From Candidatus Ruminimicrobiellum ovillum (lineage in GTDB: Bacteria; Elusimicrobiota; Endomicrobiia; Endomicrobiales; Endomicrobiaceae): DNA of 64,000 nt. Within the stretch, counting starts at the first letter, position 1; each line of letters opens with the position of its first letter. A program made the translations under genes and the position numbers. The notes beneath the pieces were generated by a model. The model had not been told where the DNA came from. It was given only the letters and a program-made list of their open reading frames with translations, and ran no database searches. Of this stretch, positions 19,206-26,349 are shown in pieces. The stretch covers positions 185,907 through 249,906 of the forward strand of contig DJWX01000011.1 in assembly GCA_002448285.1 (NCBI GenBank), written 5' to 3'.

Positions 19206-19218
19206 CTAATTTTTAATA

Positions 19219-19245
19219 GATTCCGTGTCGTAGCACGGAATGACA
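19219..19245. repeat. Hairpin repeat B2
   Basis: g-attccgtg-tcgtag-cacggaat-gaca: an 8-bp stem with compensatory changes relative to B1 and B3. Confidence 0.75.
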
Positions 19246-19249
19246 ACAA

Positions 19250-19278
19250 CGAGATCCCGTATCAAGTACGGGATGACA
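19250..19278. repeat. Hairpin repeat B3
   Basis: cgag-atcccgta-tcaag-tacgggat-gaca: an 8-bp stem with the same loop and flanks as B1 but a different, still complementary, stem sequence. Confidence 0.8.
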
Positions 19279-19320
19279 TCGTCTTTTGAATAACTAAAGA
19301 TTTTGAACTTTAGGCTAGGC

Positions 19321-19365
19321 ACACCGCACCGAAGTTTACATTGAAAAGTAAATGAGGTGCGGTGT
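19321..19365 (-). other. Long GC-rich hairpin 27 nt downstream of the dnaK stop
   Basis: acaccgcacc (19321-19330) pairs with ggtgcggtgt (19356-19365). There is an inner tttac/gtaaa stem. No T-run follows on either strand. Confidence 0.6.
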
Positions 19366-19391
19366 AACGAAGCATAAATTCAAAAGATTAG

Positions 19392-21272
19392 TTATTTTTT
19401 ATCGTCTACAACTTCAGCATCAACTACATTATCGTCATTATTTCCACCGGCATTATTATTTGCCTGTGCTCCTGCATTTGCACCTGCAGCTCCGGCTTGA
19501 GCATTAGCCTGTTGCTGTTGTTGTGCAGCTTTATAAACTTCTTCAGCTAATTTATGTGAAGCATCGGAAAGTTTATCTTTAGCTTCTTTAATCTTTGCTA
19601 TATCGCCGCCTTTAATTGCTTCTTTTGTGTCGTTGATAGCTTGTTCGATTTTCAATCTTTCATCTTGAGAAATTTTGTCACCATGTTCTTTCAAACTCTT
19701 TTCTGTTGCATAAACTAAATTGTCGGCTTCGTTTTTAGCTTCGATTTCTTCTTTTTTCTTTTTATCGTCTGCAGCATATTGCTCTGCTTCTTTAACATAT
19801 TTGTCTATATCTTCTTTCGAAAGTTTTGTTGAAGAAGTAATCTTAATTGACTGCTCTTTACCTGTTCCCAAATCTTTTGCGGATACATGCAAAATACCGC
19901 TTGCATCGATATCGAATGTAACTTCAATTTGAGGAACTCCTCTCGGCGCAGGTGGTATTCCGTCAAGAGTAAATCTTCCCAACGAAACATTATCTTTTGC
20001 CATAGGTCTTTCACCTTGCAAAATGTGTATTTCCACTCCCGGCTGATTATCTTGTGCGGTAGAAAATACTTGAGATTTCTTTACAGGAATTGTTGTATTT
20101 CTATCTATGATAGGAGTTCTGACATTTCCTAAAGTTTCAAGACCTAATGTTAAAGGTGTAACATCAAGTAAAAGAATATCTTTTACATCACCTGTTAAAA
20201 CGGCTGCTTGAACTGCTGCACCGTTTGAAACACATTCCATCGGGTCAATTCCTCTTTCAACAATTTTGCCTACATAGTTTTCAACAAATTTTTGAACTAT
20301 AGGCATTCTTGTAGGACCGCCGACGAGAATAACTTTTGTTAAATCCGCGCTTGTAAGTTTTGCATCGCTTATTGCCTGGTCGATAGATGCTTTACATCTT
20401 TGAACTATAGGATCTACCAAGTTTTCAAGTGTTGCTCTTGTAAGTTTCATTGCCAAATGTTTCGGGCCTGTAGCATCTGCTGTAATAAACGGTAAATTGA
20501 TATCTGTTTCAAGAATGTTGGAAAGCTCGATTTTTGCTTTTTCTGCAGCTTCCTGCAATCTTTGAACAGCCATTTTATCGTTTCTCAAATCTATACCGTT
20601 TTCTTTCTTAAATGTTTCAGCGATGTAATCTATAATTGCTTTATCCATATCGGTTCCGCCGAGTTTTGTATCTCCGGATGTAGACAATACTTCAAATGTT
20701 CCCTCAGAACCCATTTCCATTATTGTACAATCCAAAGTTCCGCCACCGAGATCGAATACCAATATTTTCTGTTCTTTACCTACTTTATCTATACCGTAAG
20801 CAAGAGCTGCTGCCGTAGGTTCGTTAACAAGTCTTACCACTTCCAAACCTGCAATTGCACCTGCATCTTTTGTTGCTTGTCTTTGGTGATCGTTAAAGTA
20901 TGCAGGAACCGTAATAACAGCTTTATCTACAGTTGTTCCCAAATATGCTTCCGCATCTTTTTTAATTTTCTGTAAAATAAAACCTGAAAGTTGTTGAGGA
21001 GTAAATTCTTTACCGTTAATTTTGTATTTGTAGTCTTCTCCCATTCTTCTTTTAAATGCGGAAACTGTTCCTTCAGGATTTGTTACTGCCTGTCTTCTTG
21101 CAGGTTCTCCAACCAACAATTGTCCGTCTTTTGTAAATGCTACATAAGAAGGAAAAGCTTTTCCTCCCAAAGTTGTTCCTTCCGCTGAAGGGATAAGTGT
21201 TACTTTACCGCCTTCCATAACTGCCGCTGCCGAGTTCGATGTACCCAAATCAATTCCAATAATCTTAGACAT
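19392..21272 (-). CDS. dnaK: Chaperone DnaK (Hsp70)
   Basis: [30 protein letters not shown], and a C-terminal Q/A/N-rich tail. Confidence 0.97.
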   Translation of the reverse strand: MSKIIGIDLGTSNSAAAVMEGGKVTLIPSAEGTTLGGKAFPSYVAFTKDGQLLVGEPARRQAVTNPEGTVSAFKRRMGEDYKYKINGKEFTPQQLSGFILQKIKKDAEAYLGTTVDKAVITVPAYFNDHQRQATKDAGAIAGLEVVRLVNEPTAAALAYGIDKVGKEQKILVFDLGGGTLDCTIMEMGSEGTFEVLSTSGDTKLGGTDMDKAIIDYIAETFKKENGIDLRNDKMAVQRLQEAAEKAKIELSNILETDINLPFITADATGPKHLAMKLTRATLENLVDPIVQRCKASIDQAISDAKLTSADLTKVILVGGPTRMPIVQKFVENYVGKIVERGIDPMECVSNGAAVQAAVLTGDVKDILLLDVTPLTLGLETLGNVRTPIIDRNTTIPVKKSQVFSTAQDNQPGVEIHILQGERPMAKDNVSLGRFTLDGIPPAPRGVPQIEVTFDIDASGILHVSAKDLGTGKEQSIKITSSTKLSKEDIDKYVKEAEQYAADDKKKKEEIEAKNEADNLVYATEKSLKEHGDKISQDERLKIEQAINDTKEAIKGGDIAKIKEAKDKLSDASHKLAEEVYKAAQQQQQANAQAGAAGANAGAQANNNAGGNNDDNVVDAEVVDDKK

Positions 21273-21305
21273 TTTCTTGTCCTCCTAATTTATATTTTTT
21301 ACTTT

Positions 21306-21959
21306 TTATTTTTCTTCGGAAATTTCTTCTTCTGTTACTTTTTCTTCTTCTTTCTTCTTTGCCACTTTTACCCTTGCAGGTCTCATAAGTTTCCCGTTTA
21401 GTTTATATCCGTTTTGATAAACCGCAAGTACTGTTCCTTCTTCCGCTTCATCCGTTTCAACCTGATCCAACGCTTCGCATACATTGTGGTCGAACGGTTT
21501 ATTCAAACATTCTATTTTTTCTACACCTTCTTCCTTCAACATTTTGCTGAATTCGTTGTATATCATTTCAAGACCGACTTTAATACTTTTTAAATCTTGC
21601 CCTGCTCTGACACTTATCATTGCCTGTTCGAAAACATCGTATATACTTATATTTCTTTCCAATATTTTTGCTTTACCGAAATTTATATATTCACCTTTTT
21701 CTTTTTCCGTTCTGTTTCTTAATGTTTGATATTCGGCAACACTTCTTAAATATTCCGCTTTATATTCATCTGCCTGTTTTTGTTTTTCTTCCAAAGACTG
21801 TTTCAAAATATCAAGTTCCGATAATTTTACTTCTCTTGCTATATCTTCAACTTTTTCAGCTACTTTTTCTTCGGCTTTTTCGATTTTTTCTTCTGCAATC
21901 TTTTCTGCTTTCGCTTCTATTTTTTGTTCTTCTTTTTCTTTATTCTTCATCTTGCTCAT
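21306..21959 (-). CDS. grpE: Nucleotide exchange factor GrpE
   Basis: K/E-rich N-terminus, a YLRSVAEYQTLRNRTEKEK helix, and a C-terminal beta domain ...GYKLNGKLMRPARVKV. Confidence 0.9.
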   Translation of the reverse strand: MSKMKNKEKEEQKIEAKAEKIAEEKIEKAEEKVAEKVEDIAREVKLSELDILKQSLEEKQKQADEYKAEYLRSVAEYQTLRNRTEKEKGEYINFGKAKILERNISIYDVFEQAMISVRAGQDLKSIKVGLEMIYNEFSKMLKEEGVEKIECLNKPFDHNVCEALDQVETDEAEEGTVLAVYQNGYKLNGKLMRPARVKVAKKKEEEKVTEEEISEEK

Positions 21960-22992
21960 CTCCCATTTTTAATAAGAATCCGTTAACTATATTTGAAACA
22001 GAATTTACCAAAGCCATCATTTTATCGTAATCCATTCTTTTAGGACCTATTATTCCCAATACTCCGACTATTTTATCGCCATACGAATAAGAAGTCTTTA
22101 CTACACTTAAATTCTTCAATTCACTTAAATCCTGTCCGCCTATTTTTACATTTACGGTTGCTTCATCCAAATCTTTACCTATTATTTCTATAAGTCTGTC
22201 TTTATCTTCGTTCAGTTTCATTAAACTTTTTGCAGATTCGAAATCCGTAAAATCCGGAACAGACAAAACATTTGATGTTCCGTCGACATAAATATCTTCC
22301 TGAATACTATCTATAACGCTGCATATTTGTTCTGCAAGTTGTAACATATCGTTTTGTTTATCTTGATACTTCTCTACTTCAACAATTAATCTTTTTGATG
22401 CTTCTTCTATGGTTAAACCTCTTAACTTATTATTTAAGAATTTTTTCAATTCGTATAATTCTTCGCTGTCAACACTTAAATTTATCATTTTATGTTTAAC
22501 AATACCCGTTTTAGTTAAAAGTATAACCATAACCTGACTTTTTGAAACTTGCATCAATTCTATGTTTCTTATCTCGTTAACTTTTGTTTTCGGAGCTGTA
22601 ATAAATCCCGTATAATTAGAAAGTCCGGACAATATTTTAGATGTTTGAGATAAAAGACTTTCTATTTCTTTTGTCTTTTTTTCGTATTCCTGTTTAATTC
22701 TTTCTTCTTCTTCAACCGCCAATCTTTGTAATTCAACCAACGAATTAACATAAGCTTTATAACCTGCATCCGTAGGTATTCTGCCGGCAGATGTATGTGG
22801 ATGAGTTAAATATCCGTCCTTTTCAAGTTCTGCCATCAAATTTCTTAATGTAGCAGGTGACAAATTAAATTTATATTTTTGTTCCAAAACACTTGAACCG
22901 ACAGGCTTCCCTGTTTTTATATACTCGTGAATAACGGCATATAAAACTCTGGCTTTTCTTTCCTGTAAAATACTTTCAGATATTTGTCTCAT
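21940..22992 (-). CDS. hrcA: Heat-inducible transcription repressor HrcA
   Basis: N-terminal winged helix: ERKARVLYAVIHEYIKTGKPVGSSVL...SPATLRNLMAELEKDGYLTHPHTSAGRIPT. A CIRCE operator lies upstream. Confidence 0.92.
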   Translation of the reverse strand: MRQISESILQERKARVLYAVIHEYIKTGKPVGSSVLEQKYKFNLSPATLRNLMAELEKDGYLTHPHTSAGRIPTDAGYKAYVNSLVELQRLAVEEEERIKQEYEKKTKEIESLLSQTSKILSGLSNYTGFITAPKTKVNEIRNIELMQVSKSQVMVILLTKTGIVKHKMINLSVDSEELYELKKFLNNKLRGLTIEEASKRLIVEVEKYQDKQNDMLQLAEQICSVIDSIQEDIYVDGTSNVLSVPDFTDFESAKSLMKLNEDKDRLIEIIGKDLDEATVNVKIGGQDLSELKNLSVVKTSYSYGDKIVGVLGIIGPKRMDYDKMMALVNSVSNIVNGFLLKMGDEQDEE

Positions 22993-23002
22993 ACAAACCT
23001 CT

Positions 23003-23023
23003 AAAAATTACTTCGTAATTTTT
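23003..23023 (-). other. Perfect 9-bp AT-rich hairpin with a GAA triloop, abutting the hrcA Shine-Dalgarno sequence
   Basis: Plus strand aaaaattac-ttc-gtaattttt. On the mRNA strand the 3' arm is followed immediately by AGAGGTTTGTATG. Confidence 0.6.
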
Positions 23024-23068
23024 GAAGATTGGAGAATTTGAGATTTGGAAGATTGGAAATTTAAATGT

Positions 23069-23089
23069 AAAATTTGCTTCGCAAATTTT
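23069..23089 (-). other. Perfect 9-bp AT-rich hairpin with a GAA triloop in the hrcA leader
   Basis: Plus strand aaaatttgc-ttc-gcaaatttt. Confidence 0.6.
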
Positions 23090-23154
23090 GTTATTGGTTA
23101 TTCTTCCTCTTTTCCTCTAATCTTCTATTTTTCTAATTTAGCACTCTAACATTA

Positions 23155-23181
23155 TTAGCACTTAAATCTTACAAGTGCTAA
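23155..23181 (-). promoter_or_regulatory. CIRCE operator (HrcA binding site)
   Basis: TTAGCACTT-N9-AAGTGCTAA, compared with the consensus TTAGCACTC-N9-GAGTGCTAA. An extra consensus half-site TTAGCACTC lies at 23138-23146. Confidence 0.9.
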
Positions 23182-23209
23182 TTATAACACAGTGTTTAAA
23201 AATTGTCAA
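23181..23209 (-). promoter_or_regulatory. Consensus sigma-70 promoter of the hrcA-grpE-dnaK operon
   Basis: Minus strand reads TTGACA-17 nt-TATAAT (-35 at 23204-23209, -10 at 23181-23186). The -10 overlaps CIRCE by 1 nt. Confidence 0.8.
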
Positions 23210-23242
23210 GTTTTTATTTTTTATCGACGAGAAGAACAAAAC

Positions 23243-23283
23243 AAAAAAAATCTGCATCGGTCAAATATAATAACCGGTGCAGA
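23243..23283 (-). terminator. Rho-independent terminator ending the pilus operon
   Basis: tctgcaccgg / ccgatgcaga stem with 1 mismatch, followed on the minus strand by a T8 run. Confidence 0.65.
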
Positions 23284-23337
23284 TAATATAGCTAAGTTAT
23301 GAAAAAGATATTAATAATCAGTTCAAATATTAAACAA

Positions 23338-24114
23338 TTACAATATTTCCATATTAATTTGATCTAACAAAACTCTGATTCTTATATCGTTAGGCTGCAA
23401 ACTATATGCCAATTCAGCCAAATTTCTCGCTTCTCCCAATTTTGTTGCCTTAAAACATTTTACGGCATCATCATAAAACTTTTTAACTCTTTTGCTTGTT
23501 GTTTCCTGTAAAACATAACATCTGTTTAATCCTACATAATCGACAAATTTAGGATATTTTTGATATAGTTTATATATATAATCCGATGATTTTTTAAACT
23601 TTTCTTTAACAAAGAAATCAAGAGAATCTATAAAAAGATTTTTGTCTCCGGTATCTTCTATAGCATACAAAACCAACTCTTTTTCATTTTCCAATCTTGT
23701 TTTAAATGCTTCTATCGGTTCATTCGGTGAAAGATCTTGTATTCTTTTTATAAATAAAAAACCTTCATAACAATTTCCTTCTTTAACAGCTCTTCTAAGT
23801 TCTATCACCAAATCATTAACCAAAGTTTTTTTATAGTAAGATTCTTTTTCTTTTAATAACAAAATTTTATTTCTCATTTCGTTAGCTTTTTCGTTGTCAA
23901 TAGAAACCTCAAAAATTTTATTAAGATATTTCTCGGCTCCGTCAAAATCACCTTCGCAATAACAATTTTTGGCTCTTTGTAATTCTTTATAATAGGCATT
24001 CTTTTCTATTTTTCTATTCTCATTACTGTTTGAAGTATTTCTTGTTATTGCAGTACACAAAGACGACAAAAAGACAATTAAAGAAAAACTGATTAATAAT
24101 TTTTTCATTATCAT
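23338..24114 (-). CDS. Secreted helical-repeat (TPR-like) protein, last gene of the pilus operon
   Basis: Signal sequence MIMKKLLISFSLIVFLSSLCTA. TPR-like helices at both ends (AEKYLNKIFEVSIDNEKA, ARNLAELAYSLQPNDIRI). No motif that diagnoses a family. Confidence 0.4.
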   Translation of the reverse strand: MIMKKLLISFSLIVFLSSLCTAITRNTSNSNENRKIEKNAYYKELQRAKNCYCEGDFDGAEKYLNKIFEVSIDNEKANEMRNKILLLKEKESYYKKTLVNDLVIELRRAVKEGNCYEGFLFIKRIQDLSPNEPIEAFKTRLENEKELVLYAIEDTGDKNLFIDSLDFFVKEKFKKSSDYIYKLYQKYPKFVDYVGLNRCYVLQETTSKRVKKFYDDAVKCFKATKLGEARNLAELAYSLQPNDIRIRVLLDQINMEIL

Positions 24115-24115
24115 T

Positions 24116-25030
24116 TTATGATCCCCAATAAAAATTTTTAACTGCTAATATAAATTTTTTTACTTTTTTACCGAAACTTACTTTTGTCTCTTCACTAACC
24201 AACATATCCGGATTAGGTGTAGTTATTATAGAAACATGTTCATCTCCGGAAGATGCGGTATATGTTATTCCCTGTTTAGATTGCAAATCAACTAATTTTT
24301 TCCTGCTGGAAACAGCAGTTTCTTTATCTTGTATCATCGTAGAAATTGTTTTAATTAAGTTCGGTATATTCAAAGGTTTTGTCATATAATCGTAAGCACC
24401 CATTTTAAGAGACTCAACGGCAATTTCTACCGAACTATGTGCCGTAACAACCAAAGGCATAAGTTCCGGAATGGATATTTTTAATTTTTTTATTAAATTA
24501 AGACCGTCGGTATCAGGTAATCTGTAATCAACTATCGCAATATCGAACATAGAAATACGAACAAGATTTTCGGCTTCAAAACCGTTTTCAACAGCTTCGA
24601 CAACAATAGATTCGGTTTCCAATGCAGCTCTCAAAGAAGTTCTTTCTGCCTCATTATCCTCAATAATCAACACTTTATGAACATGAGGACCATCATCTAA
24701 TCCTTGTTGGTCTTTGTTTTCTTCTTGTTCACTGTTTTTCTCATCAGCCTGTTTATTAACTACATTTGCAAAAACATTTGCAATAGAACTTTTACCCGAA
24801 CCTGCAGTTTCATTCTCTTGTGTGCCGTTATTACTTATATCGGTATCGGCACTTTCACTACCGGCATTATTATCACCTGCATTAACGGCATTATTTCCAT
24901 TGTCCGAACCCGAAGAAACCGGATTTTCGGAAACATCCGTACTTGTACCGAAATTCGGTTCGGAAGCAGAAACATTTGAATTATTGTTATCTATATTATT
25001 ATCGTCCATATTTAAATTTTCATTTTCCAT
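24116..25030 (-). CDS. Single-domain response regulator with an N/D/S-rich, predicted-disordered N-terminal extension
   Basis: Receiver residues are present: IIEDN, IAIVDYRLPDTDG (phospho-Asp), VVTAH, MTKP. The first ~115 aa are low complexity. Confidence 0.8.
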   Translation of the reverse strand: MENENLNMDDNNIDNNNSNVSASEPNFGTSTDVSENPVSSGSDNGNNAVNAGDNNAGSESADTDISNNGTQENETAGSGKSSIANVFANVVNKQADEKNSEQEENKDQQGLDDGPHVHKVLIIEDNEAERTSLRAALETESIVVEAVENGFEAENLVRISMFDIAIVDYRLPDTDGLNLIKKLKISIPELMPLVVTAHSSVEIAVESLKMGAYDYMTKPLNIPNLIKTISTMIQDKETAVSSRKKLVDLQSKQGITYTASSGDEHVSIITTPNPDMLVSEETKVSFGKKVKKFILAVKNFYWGS

Positions 25031-25054
25031 AGTTTTTATAATCCTTGATAAATA

Positions 25055-26335
25055 TTAGTTAACAATTTTTGCCGTTATGAATATAGTAAGTTCATATCTC
25101 GATTTGTTTTTCGTTTCACTCTTAAATAAGTATCCCAATATAGGAATATCACCCAATAACGGAACTTTGTTTACTGTCGTATCTTCCGTTTCTCTTATTA
25201 AACCGCCTATAGCCGCAGTTTCTCCGCTTCTTAACATTAAAGTAGTTGTTGATTTACTTGTATTAATAACAGGTGTATTTTCTTCTCCGATTGTTTCACC
25301 TGTTCTATAACTTTGTTCCGGAGATATCGATAATACTATCGAACCGTCTCTGTTTATTTGAGGTTTTACTTTTAATTTTATACCGGCTTCTTTAAATGCC
25401 ATTGTTCCCGTTGTATTTCCTTCGGTAGAAGTTGTTTTACTTTCCAAATAAGGAATTTCTTCAACAATATCTATCGATGCTTCCTGATTGTTCAAAACAA
25501 GAAGTTTAGGATTCGATAATACTTTAGCATCTTTATCTTCAACACCGGCTTCAAATGTTCCGTTTATACTCCAATCATCACCTTCAAGAATAGAAACTCC
25601 TACTCTTGCAAAAGATTTTGTTAAACCTAATCCCATAACCGAACCTATAGGAGTATCATAAACAAAATTTTTGTTGTTCATTTTTGAAGGATCAACGGTA
25701 GGATTAAGTAATCCGTCTCTATAAGTTTCGTTCCATCTTGTTCCTATTGCCGTTCCGTGAGACAAGTTAATATCTACGATTTTAGCTTCAAGTAAAACCT
25801 GTTGTGTAGGAACATCCAAAGATCTTATAAGACCTTCCATTTTATCTATACTATCGGCCAAATCCGTAATAATTAAAGAGTTTGTTCTTGTATCGGAAAC
25901 GATTTTACCGCCTTTTGATAATCTTGTTGACAAAATTTTCTCTAAATCGGAAGCCTTTGCATAGTTACAAAAAATAACTCTGGAAACCGTAATGTGGCTT
26001 CCGTCCGCTTTACTCTTAATAACATATATGTTTGCATCACCCTGTTTAACATAATACAAATCATAAGTATCAAGCAAAGCATTAAGAGCTTCTTCCGCAG
26101 TAACATCCTGCAAAGATAACATTATCTTCTTTTGATATAAATCCGTGGAAGAAATCAACTTCATACCTGTCTTCATACTTAAAACGTTTAAAACAGTGTA
26201 TAGTGAAGTTCCTTGAAAATCGATAGAAATTAAGTTTGTGGAATGTAAACCTCCGCCACTCTCTTTTTCCGGCGCAGAATAAGAAGTAGTAAATAGTAAA
26301 GAAACAGCTAATACCGTCAACAAAAGTTTTTTCAT
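25055..26335 (-). CDS. Secretin (PilQ/GspD family, short form)
   Basis: Signal peptide, N0/N1-like domains, and the secretin C-domain motif VPLLGDIPILGYLFKSETKNKSRYELTIFITAKIV. Confidence 0.9.
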   Translation of the reverse strand: MKKLLLTVLAVSLLFTTSYSAPEKESGGGLHSTNLISIDFQGTSLYTVLNVLSMKTGMKLISSTDLYQKKIMLSLQDVTAEEALNALLDTYDLYYVKQGDANIYVIKSKADGSHITVSRVIFCNYAKASDLEKILSTRLSKGGKIVSDTRTNSLIITDLADSIDKMEGLIRSLDVPTQQVLLEAKIVDINLSHGTAIGTRWNETYRDGLLNPTVDPSKMNNKNFVYDTPIGSVMGLGLTKSFARVGVSILEGDDWSINGTFEAGVEDKDAKVLSNPKLLVLNNQEASIDIVEEIPYLESKTTSTEGNTTGTMAFKEAGIKLKVKPQINRDGSIVLSISPEQSYRTGETIGEENTPVINTSKSTTTLMLRSGETAAIGGLIRETEDTTVNKVPLLGDIPILGYLFKSETKNKSRYELTIFITAKIVN

Positions 26336-26349
26336 TTTCTCTCCTTTTT

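Noticed and set aside
18811-19391. I considered whether the hairpin-rich dnaK-downstream region is a CRISPR array or a known housekeeping RNA (RNase P RNA, tmRNA, SRP/4.5S RNA).
   Set aside because: - The repeats are irregularly spaced (two are adjacent, one is 170 bp away). Their stems differ in sequence, and there are no uniform spacers or cas genes.
- I could not find the universal motifs of RNase P (GGAAAGUCC), tmRNA (a tRNA-like 3' end with a TpsiC arm and CCA) or SRP RNA (GGAAGCAGCC-type domain IV) on either strand.
- 6S RNA cannot be excluded by eye.
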